DNA from: Ignavibacteriota bacterium
GTDB lineage: Bacteria > Bacteroidota > Ignavibacteria > UBA10030
Direction of reading: 5' to 3'
NCBI GenBank assembly: GCA_963701295.1
Contig: OY969585.1
Coordinates: 3,296,001 to 3,360,000 of the forward strand
DNA: 64,000 nucleotides
Shown in pieces: positions 51,249 through 62,181 of this stretch. A program made the position numbers and the translations under genes. Position 1 is the stretch's first letter. Each line of letters opens with the position of its first letter. The notes beneath the pieces were generated by a model that saw only the letters and a list, made by a program, of their open reading frames with translations, had not been told where the DNA came from and searched no databases.

Positions 51249-51863
51249 TCAAGCAACCATACGGACTGTCTGAATCTGCTCCGATTCTATCTCGATAATC
51301 TCAGGTGTCGGTTTGCTCGCCTGCAGTGCTCGAATCATATCTTCCATCTTTATCGGCTTTGTAATATAATCATTCATTCCGAGCGACAAATACTCTTCAC
51401 GATCACCATGTTGTGCATTAGCTGTCATCGCTACGATATTCGGTTGTTGATCAGACGGGAAATCTTTACGAATTAACATCGTCGCCTGCCGACCATCCAT
51501 TTCAGGCATTTCAGCGTCCATTAAAATCACGTCGTATGATCGGCGTTTGAGCGCGTCAATGACTTCAATTCCATTAAAAGCAACATCGGCGTGATACCCC
51601 AATTTTCTCAAAAACCAGAGCACGATTTTTATGTTGACGAGACTATCTTCTGCAAGTAATATTCTTAAGGGGTGCTTTCTTGCCATCTGCACGTCAAAAT
51701 CAGGGAGGTCGTGCATAGCTGTCCGCATTTGAGTACGTTCTGCTTGATATGTATCTTCAACCCGTGTTCGCTTGGTTTCAGATGTCTCTAGTTCACTGAC
51801 TTGGCATTGCGCTTCAGCCGCAATACTCAGAGTTTCTATGCTTATAGTCTCTGTCTGTTCCAT
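51249..51863 (-). CDS. Response regulator receiver protein (hybrid-kinase-type REC domain)
   Basis: LRILLAED, VILMD..MPEMDG, AMTANA, GMNDYITKP. Confidence 0.85.
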   Translation of the reverse strand: MEQTETISIETLSIAAEAQCQVSELETSETKRTRVEDTYQAERTQMRTAMHDLPDFDVQMARKHPLRILLAEDSLVNIKIVLWFLRKLGYHADVAFNGIEVIDALKRRSYDVILMDAEMPEMDGRQATMLIRKDFPSDQQPNIVAMTANAQHGDREEYLSLGMNDYITKPIKMEDMIRALQASKPTPEIIEIESEQIQTVRMVA

Positions 51864-52501
51864 AAAAAGTCTCCAATCTCTTATTTTGAATTTCAATATC
51901 TATGTTCTAAAAGGACAATTATAATGCCAACAAAGCCCCAAAAAAGAGTCTATAGGAATTGACTATTTTGCCCCATTTTATCGATTATTCATAGGAATTT
52001 CATATGCTGATCCTTAAGTAATTTGTAGAGTTTTCACTTTTATCTCGGTTTTGTAGGGCTTCCAGAAATATTGGATCAATAAAAATTCCTTATTAAGGTT
52101 GGTTTTAACAACTGTTGCGGAAAGAGGCTTTTTTCATTAATTCTTAACTTGTGCGGCAAAACGATATTCTCGCCATAACATTGACATGAACTTCGAAAAA
52201 GAAGTAAGCTTGAAATCAAAAAAAAGATAGGTGATGACGTGTTTTTTATAGAATCAGAAAATGTGCCGTAATATAAAGATAAAAGTTTGGTAGATGAAAA
52301 CTCTCCGATAAAAGTGTTCAAGCTTCAATTACTATAAATTTAACGTATCGTGCAATTTGAAAGAGTCGGAAGTTCGGGAGCTATTATGTACACCGCAAGC
52401 GGCGTGGATTTATCCCAGCAGTGTTTCAATACTTGTTCATATTCCCAACTGACCAGTAAGACGCGCCTATAACTACCATGCGGCATATGCTTTATGAATC
52501 T

Positions 52502-52960
52502 TTATAACTGCTGGATCTTAAATCGAATCCGTAAAGTACTATTTGCCCAATCGCTGGAAATGATCTTAAATTCTCCGATTTCCTTCGTTGAGGAAGCATG
52601 CACTCCACTGCATGGACAGGCATCGTAATCACCAACGTTGATGATGCGAACAGATTCTCCTGCATTTTGAGGAAGTTTTGTGAGTGAAACTATCTTTCCT
52701 GCTTCTTCCCGGGTTAGAATTCTCTCCAGAATCGGCAAATCAGATTTGATTATCTCATTTACCTTGCCTTCTATTCGAGTAATTTCTTCGGCGGTTAGAT
52801 TTCGTTCAAAATGGTAATCGCATTTCGATTTCTTCTTCTCAATGTGTGCGCTAAAAGCACGGCCACAATTGAACATCCGCACCATTGTTTGATTCAAAAT
52901 ATGTTCCGCCGAGTGCATTCGCGGATCGTATTCTTTTCGATTAGAAACGACCTGATTCAT
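52502..52960 (-). CDS. Stand-alone AlaX-like tRNA trans-editing protein
   Basis: HSAEH and CPCSGVH zinc motifs, EIG.FKI, LRIRF; 152 aa. Confidence 0.82.
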   Translation of the reverse strand: MNQVVSNRKEYDPRMHSAEHILNQTMVRMFNCGRAFSAHIEKKKSKCDYHFERNLTAEEITRIEGKVNEIIKSDLPILERILTREEAGKIVSLTKLPQNAGESVRIINVGDYDACPCSGVHASSTKEIGEFKIISSDWANSTLRIRFKIQQL

Positions 52961-53159
52961 ATTTCGATTCCATGCTGTTGTTGTTTATTTTTCATATTCG
53001 TAGTGCAATATACAAGATTCTTCAGACATTTATGATAGATGAAAGAAGCCACAATCCTCTAATGTCACTCTTGCAACTTTAGAAATTATTTCGGAACCTG
53101 ATATCATACTATATACATTGCTCTTTGCGCAAGAATTTATCTTGAATATTTGAGGATGA

Positions 53160-53675
53160 ATGATGCCCCGTTCTGTTTCTGTTATCGGCTGGTCTACAAT
53201 CCTTATCTCGATCATTATGATTTTCACGGAATTTATAAGTTTATTTTCGAATCCAATGGAACAACTCAATATCGTTATCAGCACATTTCCACAAGTGCGA
53301 AATGGTATGGAATCCGTGACACAAATGATTCAATATAACCGCGTATGGTCAATCTATACAATTTTGTATTTTATATTTATTTTCGTCGGCGCAATTCAGT
53401 TTATCCGTTGCCATTCAATCGGACGAACAATCCTCGAGGTCGCCTGTTGGTTCGGAATGGTGAATGCCTGTGTAGATTCTTTGCTGAGCTACATACTCTG
53501 GGAAAAAATGCAGGCGGCTCTATCGTCTGTCATGGGAGCTATAGAAATGGGTTTAGGATACATCAATCCATTGGGAATATTTACAATCATCCTAGGTTTC
53601 TTGCTTTGGATCATTCCTTCCATTGGAATGATTTTATATCTACGAAGTCCAAAAATAAGAGCAATAATGAAATAG
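53160..53675 (+). CDS. Hypothetical membrane protein
   Basis: Four hydrophobic segments; ends YLRSPKIR. Confidence 0.7.
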   Translation: MMPRSVSVIGWSTILISIIMIFTEFISLFSNPMEQLNIVISTFPQVRNGMESVTQMIQYNRVWSIYTILYFIFIFVGAIQFIRCHSIGRTILEVACWFGMVNACVDSLLSYILWEKMQAALSSVMGAIEMGLGYINPLGIFTIILGFLLWIIPSIGMILYLRSPKIRAIMK

Positions 53676-54614
53676 ATTTATTGTCCCAGTTGAAAAGAAT
53701 GCTGCATCCTGCCTCTGTATCAAAACATAAAAGGCCCATTCTATAACACTGTTTCGGAAAACTGAAACGGTATATCAATTACCTTCTCAGATATATTTTT
53801 GTTTGGAACTCTCTCCACTATACTTCTGTTTCATAAGGTAGTTGCAAGAAAACAAGGTATTTATGATGTATGATTCATTCAAAACGTGATTTTTAAATCT
53901 ATAAAGGAGAAGTAAATATGAAACTCACCATTCTCATGCTTATTCTTGTGAGTTCTATTACGCATGCTGAGATCATTGGCAAAGTGGTCGATTATACCGC
54001 TAACAATGTGGCATTAAAAGGATACATCGTTTATGATAATACTCTCAAGGAAAAGCGACCCGCCATTATAGTCGTTCATGAATGGTGGGGTGTTACGGAC
54101 TATCCAAAGAAAAGGGCAGAAATGCTTGCTTCTTTAGGTTATGTAGCCTTTGCCGTAGATATGTATGGCGATGGAAGAGTTGCAGATAATCCCGGTGATG
54201 CTCAGAAGTTTGCAGGCGAATCTATGAAAGACCCTGCCCTGTTAAAAGCGAAGTTCATGGCAGCAATAGAACTTCTTAAGAAGAATGAACATGTCGATTC
54301 GACACGTATTGCGGCAATCGGTTATTGTTATGGTGGTGGCGTTGTACTCAATATGGCACGTGCCGGAGTCGATCTTAAAGGGGTGGTGAGTTTTCACGGC
54401 AGCCTAACAACTACAACACCGGCCGAAAAAGGGAATGTGAAAGCGAAGATTCTTGTATGTAACGGCGGTGCTGATAAGTTCATTTCAAAGAACGATATCA
54501 AGAATTTCAAGCAAGAGATGAAAAAAGCAGACGTCGATTTCAAATTCCTTTCATACGAAGGAGCTTTGCATGCATTCACAAATCCTGCAGCAACTGAGCT
54601 GGGTAAAAAATTTA

Positions 54615-55443
54615 GGTAATTAGGTAGAAACGTAACCGAAATAGATTAGAGTAAAGAGTTTCAACAAATTGTCATCGCGATGGTTAAAACGATATTCAAC
54701 TTCTTTAAGATACATAGGAAAATGATATTTTGAAACACCGCGATAATTATATAAGACATGTTTAGCAAAAGACCAAAATCCTTCAATACCATTAATATGA
54801 TTCTTTGTTTTCGGAAATTTCTTTCCATGACTAATGGTATGATGTTTTCCAAAGCGTTTCAAGGAGCGATAACTACGAAAGGTGTCCGTGAAGTAGACCG
54901 ATCCTTTCTTGGTATGTTGTCGAATATGATCCATCAATTCATTGGCCGAGACAGAATCAACAACCTTAGTATAGACCCGTCCATTGCGCTCCAGAAGCCC
55001 AAAAACGATACTTTTTCCGCCTGCACCGCGTCCTCGTTTGCCTTTGCGACGACCACCAAAATACGCTTCGTCCAATTCTATTTCTCCTTTGAGCTTGCCA
55101 GCTTCAAGTTCGCTCACATGATAAATCGCTTCTCGAATGCGCTGATAGACTCTGGTAACAGTTTTATAATTTATTCCAAGATCATTTGCCAATCGATACG
55201 CCGGTTGCTGTTGATAAAAACCAAGAATGATTTTCAACTCTCGCCGAAGAAGATGACTTCCTTTTTGTCTTTGACACTTGTTGCATTTTACGTAGCCGCG
55301 TTTCGTTCGACAGACGTTGAACGATCCACAATACACACACTTCTTTCCACTCAAAAAGTTGTCATGGTAACTGATTTTACTGGAACTTGCCATAAAATAA
55401 TATACTTACAATTATTCTATGGTTACATTCTTACCTAATTACC
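54615..55443 (-). mobile_element. IS1595-family insertion sequence, copy 2 (829 bp, inverted relative to copy 1)
   Basis: Same TIRs as copy 1; perfect 8-bp TSD AAAATTTA (54607-54614 and 55444-55451). Confidence 0.95.
54620..55393 (-). CDS. IS1595-family transposase
   Basis: Protein identical to 19858..20631. Confidence 0.95.
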   Translation of the reverse strand: MASSSKISYHDNFLSGKKCVYCGSFNVCRTKRGYVKCNKCQRQKGSHLLRRELKIILGFYQQQPAYRLANDLGINYKTVTRVYQRIREAIYHVSELEAGKLKGEIELDEAYFGGRRKGKRGRGAGGKSIVFGLLERNGRVYTKVVDSVSANELMDHIRQHTKKGSVYFTDTFRSYRSLKRFGKHHTISHGKKFPKTKNHINGIEGFWSFAKHVLYNYRGVSKYHFPMYLKEVEYRFNHRDDNLLKLFTLIYFGYVST

Positions 55444-55690
55444 AAAATTTAATATGCCAATTGCATATAATGAAAGTGGTGATAAGAAATCTTGGAAAGA
55501 AATGCGGAGGTTCCTTAAAGCAATTTTCAAAAATTAGACTAAGTTTGGGGAAAAGAAATCACACCTACCTCCTTCAGCACCTTTTCTCCACCTGCATCCA
55601 TTATCATTTATTGTACGAATGATTTGGACTGTAGATTCTTAGGCAATATTTTCAGATTTTATTTTATCAATAATTAATTATGAATGGACT

Positions 55691-56842
55691 ATGAATATAA
55701 TAATTCCAAAAGAAACAGATTCTGAGCGGCGTGTTTCGATGCTGCCACAGAATATCGAAAAACTCTCCAAGAAAGGTGCAAAGATTACTGTCGAATCAGG
55801 TCTTGGCAGAACACTCGGCATTTCGGATATTGATTACACAAAAGCCGGTGCTTTGATAGAGAAGAATCGAAAAAAGCTTCTGGCTTCCGGGAATATTATC
55901 TTGCGGTTGAGGAAACCCGATTTAAAAGAGGTTACTTCATTGGGAAAAGGGTCGATTCATGTAAGTTACCTCGATCCGTTCAATGATCCCAAACTTCTTG
56001 AATCGCTCGCCAAACAGCATGTTTCGGCAATCTCCATGGAAATGATTCCGCGTTCAACTCGTGCACAAAAAATGGATGCGTTAAGTTCGCAGGCAAGTCT
56101 GGCTGGTTACGCTGCAGTCGTTCTTGCCGCAAGCAATTTATATAAAATCTTTCCAATGATGATGACCCCGGCGGGCACACTTCAGCCATCTCGAGTGTTT
56201 ATCATCGGTGCAGGCGTTGCAGGATTACAGGCAATTGCTACTGCACGCCGACTCGGAGCGAAGGTTGATGCATTCGATACACGTCCTGTTGCTAAAAACG
56301 ATGTCCTTTCGCTCGGTGCAAAATTTGTTGAAGTCGATCTCGGTGAAACCGGACAAACAGCACAGGGATATGCAAAAGGATTAACAGAGGAACAGCTGAA
56401 AAAACAACGCGACGTCATGAAGCAATATTGCGCACAGGCGGATATAGTCATCACAACAGCACAAGTATTCGGCCGCAAAGCTCCGGTTATTGTAACAAAA
56501 GAGATGGTCGCAGCAATGAAACCCGGTTCCGTTGTTGTTGACCTTGCCATCGAAACAGGCGGAAATGTTGAAGGCGTAGCCCTTAACAAAACCATTGAGA
56601 AAAATGGCGTGAAGATTATTGGAATGGCGAACATGCCAGCGCGTGTCGCACTGCACGCAAGCCAGATGTATTCCAACAATCTCACTAATTTGATTGACGA
56701 GTTTTGGAACCAAGAGAAAAAAAGCTTCGAACTAAAACTTGAGGATGACATTATCAAAAGCTGTCTCATTACACATGGCGGCGCTATCATTCATCCAACT
56801 TTTGCACAACCAAAAAAAGAAAAGAAACCTCACAAAGGATAA
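55691..56842 (+). CDS. pntA: NAD(P) transhydrogenase subunit alpha, part 1 (dI)
   Basis: RAQKMDALSSQ, FPMMMTPAGT, GAGVAGLQA, VDLA.ETGGN. Confidence 0.93.
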   Translation: MNIIIPKETDSERRVSMLPQNIEKLSKKGAKITVESGLGRTLGISDIDYTKAGALIEKNRKKLLASGNIILRLRKPDLKEVTSLGKGSIHVSYLDPFNDPKLLESLAKQHVSAISMEMIPRSTRAQKMDALSSQASLAGYAAVVLAASNLYKIFPMMMTPAGTLQPSRVFIIGAGVAGLQAIATARRLGAKVDAFDTRPVAKNDVLSLGAKFVEVDLGETGQTAQGYAKGLTEEQLKKQRDVMKQYCAQADIVITTAQVFGRKAPVIVTKEMVAAMKPGSVVVDLAIETGGNVEGVALNKTIEKNGVKIIGMANMPARVALHASQMYSNNLTNLIDEFWNQEKKSFELKLEDDIIKSCLITHGGAIIHPTFAQPKKEKKPHKG

Positions 56843-56848
56843 TACGTT

Positions 56849-57139
56849 ATGTTCTCCCTTATTGAATCATTTTACATACTTCTCCTCGCCGGATTTGTCG
56901 GATTTGAAGTTATTAAACGCGTAACACCGACATTGCATACACCGCTTATGTCCGCCACCAATGCAATTTCCGGAATCTCACTTGTCGGTTCGTTAGTCGC
57001 AGCCGGAAGCGATCAGTTCGTCAGTCAAATGCTTGGACTTGTGGCAGTCACTGCCGCTACTATCAACGTCGTCGGTGGATTTTTAATTACCGAACGCATG
57101 TTGAAAATGTTCAAGCGAAAGGAACGGAAACAGCAATGA
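56849..57139 (+). CDS. pntA: NAD(P) transhydrogenase subunit alpha, part 2 (membrane)
   Basis: LHTPLMSATNAISG, NVVGGF.ITERML.MF. Confidence 0.93.
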   Translation: MFSLIESFYILLLAGFVGFEVIKRVTPTLHTPLMSATNAISGISLVGSLVAAGSDQFVSQMLGLVAVTAATINVVGGFLITERMLKMFKRKERKQQ

Positions 57140-58512
57140 CGAACTATCTGCTCGAAATTACATATATCATCGCATCGGTCCTCTTCATTCTTGGATTAAA
57201 GGGACTCAGCCATCCAGAATCGGCACGCCGAGGCATGCATCTTGCTGAAATTGGAATGCTCTTGGCGGTGATCGGCACACTGCTCGGCAAAGGTATTGTT
57301 ACATGGGAATGGATACTCATCGGACTTGTGGTTGGTTCAGCTATTGGTACAGCAATGTCTATATTTATGCCGATGACTGCAATGCCACAGCGGATTGCAC
57401 TCTCCCACGCTTTTGGTGCGCTAGCCGCAGTGCTGGTTGGTATAAATGAATTTATTGTTAAGGGACATGAAATTACAAGCGGGCTCATGGGAGCGCTGGG
57501 ATTTGAAGTGCTCTTCGGCTCGCTCACGGTAACCGGTAGTCTCATGGCGTTTGGCAAGCTGCAAGGAATTGTCAAAAGTGCCCCGATGACATACAAAGGT
57601 CAAAATTTTTTCAATGTCTCGCTGTTTTTTATTACGGTAGGAATGTTCATTTTTCTCGTCTTCTTCCCGCAAAACTCAATCGTCTTTGGTACTATGATTG
57701 CACTTTCGTTTCTCATCGGTATTTTTATTGTGCTGCCTATTGGCGGAGCAGATATGCCAGTGGTCTTATCTCTGATGAACTCATACGCCGGACTTGCCGC
57801 TGCAGCAACAGGATTCGCAATCAACAACAAGGTTTTGATCATCGCTGGCTCACTCGATGGTTCATCTGGATTTATTCTATCTATTATTATGAGCAAAGCG
57901 ATGAACCGTTCGTTCGCAAATGTTCTTTTTGGTGCGGTAGGTACTCCTCAAGTCGATACATCCAGCCTTCATGAGGACAGACCGATTACTCGGTTTAACG
58001 TGGAAGATGCAAAATTCGCTCTTGAACAAGCAGAGCGTGTTGTTATTGTACCAGGATATGGAATGGCCGTTGCGCAAGCACAATATGCAGTTCGTGAGTT
58101 GAGTGATGAATTGGAAAAACGCGGCATCAAAGTCGAGTTTGCCATCCATCCCGTTGCCGGTCGTATGCCTGGACATATGAATGTTCTGCTTGCCGAAGCA
58201 AATGTATCGTATGACCAACTTCTTGAGATGGAAATAATCAATCCCACGATGGACACGGTGGATGTATGTATTGTCATCGGCGCAAACGACGTTGTTAATC
58301 CGGCAGCACGCACAGATAAAGGAAGCCCAATCTATGGAATGCCGATCATTGATGTAGACAAAGCAAAAACTGTCATAGTGATGAAACGTTCGATGGCAAC
58401 TGGTTTTGCAGGCATTGAGAATCCGCTTTTCTATCAGGAAAACACAAAAATGCTCTTCGGCGATGCAAAGAATGTTTTGCAGCAATTAATTGCGGAGTTT
58501 AAAAAGAACTAA
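57136..58512 (+). CDS. pntB: NAD(P) transhydrogenase subunit beta
   Basis: GGADMPVV, PGYGMAVAQAQ, HPVAGRMPGHMNVLLAEA, GANDVVNPAA. Confidence 0.96.
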   Translation: MTNYLLEITYIIASVLFILGLKGLSHPESARRGMHLAEIGMLLAVIGTLLGKGIVTWEWILIGLVVGSAIGTAMSIFMPMTAMPQRIALSHAFGALAAVLVGINEFIVKGHEITSGLMGALGFEVLFGSLTVTGSLMAFGKLQGIVKSAPMTYKGQNFFNVSLFFITVGMFIFLVFFPQNSIVFGTMIALSFLIGIFIVLPIGGADMPVVLSLMNSYAGLAAAATGFAINNKVLIIAGSLDGSSGFILSIIMSKAMNRSFANVLFGAVGTPQVDTSSLHEDRPITRFNVEDAKFALEQAERVVIVPGYGMAVAQAQYAVRELSDELEKRGIKVEFAIHPVAGRMPGHMNVLLAEANVSYDQLLEMEIINPTMDTVDVCIVIGANDVVNPAARTDKGSPIYGMPIIDVDKAKTVIVMKRSMATGFAGIENPLFYQENTKMLFGDAKNVLQQLIAEFKKN

Positions 58513-58569
58513 GGTATTACGAACTGGAGCCCGCATAAGAGTAGATTCCAGTTATTACAAAAAAAGCGG

Positions 58570-58600
58570 CGCCCGATCTAATACGATTGGGCGTTTTATT
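58570..58600 (+). terminator. Intrinsic terminator after pntB
   Basis: CGCCCGATC-TAATAC-GATTGGGCG-TTTTATT. Confidence 0.65.
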
Positions 58601-58683
58601 AAGTGCTATCCGTATTCTTCTCATTACCACTAAAGAATTTTCCGTATATTACCATGGTCTTTTTCATACTTTGAAAGTATAAA

Positions 58684-59769
58684 ATGCAAATAGGTATTGT
58701 CGGTCTGCCATTTTCCGGAAAATCTACTCTGTTCCAAACCATTACCAAAACACACCTTGACGCTTCAGCGCTTGCAAAGGTAGAAACGCACCATGCCATT
58801 GTAAAAATTTCGGATGCTCGTCTTGACAAGTGTGTCGAAATCTTCGTTCCGAAGAACACTGTTCATGCTGCTATCGAATTTGTCGATGTCGTTGGATTGA
58901 AAAAGGGCGAGTCAGGATCAACGCAGTTTACCACTAATTTTTTATCCAATGTGAAATCAAACGACGCACTGGTACAGGTTGTCCGATTATTCACCAACGA
59001 GATTGTTCCCCATCCAGACGGTTCCATCAATGCACTACGAGATATTGATTCGTTCGAAACGGAGTTCATTCTTTCTGATCTCTCCCTTGTCGAAACACGC
59101 ATCGAGCGCATTAAGAAACAGCTTATGAAAATGCAGGATGAACTTGTAAAGCGAGAATTGCCGGTGTTAGAGAAGTGCAAACAGATTCTCGACAGTGAAA
59201 AACCATTACGAGAAACGGAATTCTCAAAAGACGAGATACATCTACTCAAAACCTACCAATTTCTTTCAATAAAACCGATGCTCATTGCATTAAACTTCGA
59301 TGAGGCACAGCGAAATGAGACAGAACAATATGTAAAACTCATTTCTGAAAAGAAAAAAGGAAAAAACACAAAGATTGTTTCCTTTTTCGGCAAAATCGAA
59401 ATGGAGGTGTCCGAACTGCCCGATGACGAAGCAAAAGTCTTTATGGAAGAATACGGTATCAAGGAGTCGGCGCTCAATACACTGATTCATGAAGCGTACG
59501 CCCTGCTCGGACTTCATTCTTTCTTCACCGTTGGTGAAGACGAATGCAGAGCATGGACGATCAAGAACGGGATGACTGCGCAAGAAGCGGCTGGCGTGAT
59601 CCATTCTGATTTTTTTGCCAAGTTTATCCGCGCTGAAGTAGTTCATTATGACCACTTCATCACAGCAGGGGGATCATTCGCCAAAACAAAAGAGTCCGGA
59701 CAATGGAGACTCGAAGGAAAAGAATATATTGTAAAGGATGGAGATATTATTTCGATCAGACACAGCTAA
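58684..59769 (+). CDS. ychF: Redox-regulated ATPase YchF
   Basis: GIVGLP.SGKST, FFTVGEDECRAWT, AGVIHSDF, FIRAEV, EGKEYIVKDGD. Confidence 0.95.
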   Translation: MQIGIVGLPFSGKSTLFQTITKTHLDASALAKVETHHAIVKISDARLDKCVEIFVPKNTVHAAIEFVDVVGLKKGESGSTQFTTNFLSNVKSNDALVQVVRLFTNEIVPHPDGSINALRDIDSFETEFILSDLSLVETRIERIKKQLMKMQDELVKRELPVLEKCKQILDSEKPLRETEFSKDEIHLLKTYQFLSIKPMLIALNFDEAQRNETEQYVKLISEKKKGKNTKIVSFFGKIEMEVSELPDDEAKVFMEEYGIKESALNTLIHEAYALLGLHSFFTVGEDECRAWTIKNGMTAQEAAGVIHSDFFAKFIRAEVVHYDHFITAGGSFAKTKESGQWRLEGKEYIVKDGDIISIRHS

Positions 59770-59812
59770 GTTTAGTGATTTTTTCTTTATTCACTCAATC
59801 CGAGAAAAAAGC

Positions 59813-60523
59813 ATGGGCAGAATATATGAAACACGAAAATATGTAATGTTCGCGCGTTTTGCGCGTATGTCAAAAGCTTTTAACAGAATCGCACGCGATA
59901 TCAACGTTGCGGTCAAATTAGGCGGACCAGATCCAAAAGCCAATTCGCGGCTTCGCATCGCAATGCAGAATGCAAAAAGCGTCAACATGCCGAAGGATCG
60001 CGTTGAAGCTGCTATTAAACGCGCCTCGCAAAAAGATACTACAGGTTACGAAGAAATTATATATGAAGGGTATGCACCTCACGGTATTGCTATCGTTGTC
60101 GAATGCACGACCGATAACCCAACACGTACTGTCGCAAACATCCGGCATTATTTTTCTAAAGGCGGCGGATCACTAGGTTCTTCCGGCTCCCTAATGTTTA
60201 TGTTTGAACGCAAGGGACTCATTCGAATCAATGCTTCAAAAATACCAGATATTGATGAGTTCGAACTTGAATTGATTGATCATGGATTAGATGATCTTGT
60301 TCAACATGAACAGGCATTACTGATCTATACTTCTTTTCAAGATTACGGCAAAATGTTGAAATATTTTGAAGAAAAAGGAATTGAGGTTATCAGCTCTGAG
60401 CTTCAATATCTTCCCTCAACGACTAAAGAATTATCCGAAGAACAAGCAAAGGAAGTAAAGGAACTGCTGGATAAAATCGAAGACGACGACGATGTACAGT
60501 CGGTCTTTCATAATATGGTGTAA
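59813..60523 (+). CDS. yebC: YebC/PmpR family protein
   Basis: GGPDP..N.RL, MPKD, YEGYAPHG, TDNPTRT, DDDVQ.V.HN. Confidence 0.93.
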   Translation: MGRIYETRKYVMFARFARMSKAFNRIARDINVAVKLGGPDPKANSRLRIAMQNAKSVNMPKDRVEAAIKRASQKDTTGYEEIIYEGYAPHGIAIVVECTTDNPTRTVANIRHYFSKGGGSLGSSGSLMFMFERKGLIRINASKIPDIDEFELELIDHGLDDLVQHEQALLIYTSFQDYGKMLKYFEEKGIEVISSELQYLPSTTKELSEEQAKEVKELLDKIEDDDDVQSVFHNMV

Positions 60524-60537
60524 AAGTTTTTGCTTTT

Positions 60538-60565
60538 GTAAGGGCATATGGCGACACGTCCCTAC
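60538..60565. repeat. Degenerate GTAG-type REP-like palindrome
   Basis: GTAAGGGCATATGGCGACACGTCCCTAC directly after the yebC stop. Confidence 0.4.
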
Positions 60566-60985
60566 GAAGATTTTCCCTTCACAATTTTTATCTCTTCTTC
60601 CGTTTTATATTGTAATACTCATGAAAGCAAGCACATTACTTTAACGGAAAGTGAGATTTCCATTAAAAGCTGTCCAGAGTAATGGACATAATCTCATTTT
60701 GATTCTTCAAATTAAAATGAACATATGAAAAGGATAAAACAAACAGGCTTGACAACTTTTTAAGTTGTCACAATTTCAATTTTTAGAAGTAACTTGACAG
60801 AACTATCCGATGATAATAAGGCATCATAGAAATCCTGCTTTGTGTATCAAGAAACATACAATATGGACAGAGTTATAGACAATCAAACGAAAAAAATCCC
60901 GCAATCCAGTCCATATATGAACACTTCTGATGGCACGTTGCTTGCTTTTATTCCTAACAAGTGAAAGCTTAATGCAAGGTGCATC

Positions 60986-62077
60986 ATGAAGCGCATTTTT
61001 ATTCTTTTCTTTGTTTTTAGTGCCGGTAGCTTGTTCAATCAAAAATCTTGGACAGCTCTCAATCCAAATCCATCCGATCTTAGCATGCAGGTTGGTTTTT
61101 TTTATTCCTCACTCTCCCCTTATGGCGAATGGATTGAAATAGAATCCGGACTCAGGGTTTGGCGGCCTTTGCATATACATAATCAATGGCGGCCATATCT
61201 TTTAGGAAGATGGGTTTGGACTGATTATGGATGGTACTGGATGTCAAATGAACCGTTTGGTTGGATTACGTATCACTATGGCCGTTGGTATAACGATGGC
61301 TATTATGGCTGGGTATGGATGCCGGATGATGTCTGGGGACCTGCATGGGTAGAATGGAGATATAATGACGACTATATTGGCTGGGCACCTTTACCGCCGT
61401 ATGCAACATTCAATGTTTCATTGGGAATGAGATTTACAACACATTGGGTAGCTCCCGTGCATTACTGGAACTTCGTTCGGTATCATCGCTTTGGAACTGT
61501 TATTCGTTATAGAGATATTGCATCAGTGGAATATGCAGAACGCCTCATTCACACAACACGTACCGATTCGCGGTATGAGGTAAATCATGATCGCATCATC
61601 AATCGTGGCGTTGACCGAGCGATCATCGAGCGGCGTGGCAATGTACGAATTTCAAGAACAGAGGTGCGGGATGTGCATGAACAATCTGGAGAGCGGATGA
61701 TACGATCCGATGGCGATCGACGTATAGAATGTATTGAAATATATCGTCCAACAAGAGATGAAATGCACCAGGGCATAAAACGCATCGAAGTACGACGCGG
61801 CAACCGTGCTCTTTCAATTGATATGAAAAAGATTGAACGGTCGCGGAAGTACACCCCGCGAGTGCAAGAGCAGAAATCGCAGCAAGACAGAAAAGAAATG
61901 AGACATGAGCTTATCAAACGATATAGGCGTAAATATAATCCTTCGCCGCCCACGACACTTGGAGGGCCACAAAAAAGAAGAGAACGTCATCGAGAGAGTT
62001 CTCCACGTACACATCCTAATGGATCTGCACTGGAGAAGCGCTCAAATCGAAGTGGCGATAAACGAAGAGATCAATAA
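60986..62077 (+). CDS. DUF6600-like Trp-rich secreted protein
   Basis: FY..LSPYG.W, WRPY..GRW.WTDYGW.W.S.EPFGW..YHYGRW, WGPAWV.WR, GWAPLPP; Arg-rich tail. Confidence 0.8.
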   Translation: MKRIFILFFVFSAGSLFNQKSWTALNPNPSDLSMQVGFFYSSLSPYGEWIEIESGLRVWRPLHIHNQWRPYLLGRWVWTDYGWYWMSNEPFGWITYHYGRWYNDGYYGWVWMPDDVWGPAWVEWRYNDDYIGWAPLPPYATFNVSLGMRFTTHWVAPVHYWNFVRYHRFGTVIRYRDIASVEYAERLIHTTRTDSRYEVNHDRIINRGVDRAIIERRGNVRISRTEVRDVHEQSGERMIRSDGDRRIECIEIYRPTRDEMHQGIKRIEVRRGNRALSIDMKKIERSRKYTPRVQEQKSQQDRKEMRHELIKRYRRKYNPSPPTTLGGPQKRRERHRESSPRTHPNGSALEKRSNRSGDKRRDQ

Positions 62078-62181
62078 ATGACGGATGATAAACTACAGGC
62101 AGGCAGGGATGTAATAGGCGTTGACATAATGAAAAGACTCCCCAATGCCAACACTATCGTCTAGAAATTACCAGCAATTTC

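Larger units (their letters stand above)
53918..55537 (+). pseudogene. Dienelactone hydrolase family gene interrupted near its 3' end by the IS
   Basis: HEWWG, GYCYGG, HAFTNP. After removing the IS and one TSD the frame continues GKKF-NMPIAYNESGDKKSWKEMRRFLKAIFKN* (stop at 55537). Confidence 0.88.

Noticed and set aside
51900-52500. Possible riboswitch or ncRNA in a long intergenic region
   Set aside because: I could not match any known aptamer consensus or convincing structure by eye.
19808-55443. Composite transposon or completed inversion between the two IS copies
   Set aside because: Each copy has its own TSD pair, each interrupted gene rejoins locally, and the interval holds housekeeping genes.
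55691-57139. Split pntA as a novelty
   Set aside because: The three-subunit transhydrogenase is a well-known arrangement (e.g. Rhodospirillum rubrum).
62096-62107. CAGGCAGGCAGG, half of a common palindromic repeat
   Set aside because: Only one arm is present, as a single 12-nt occurrence.
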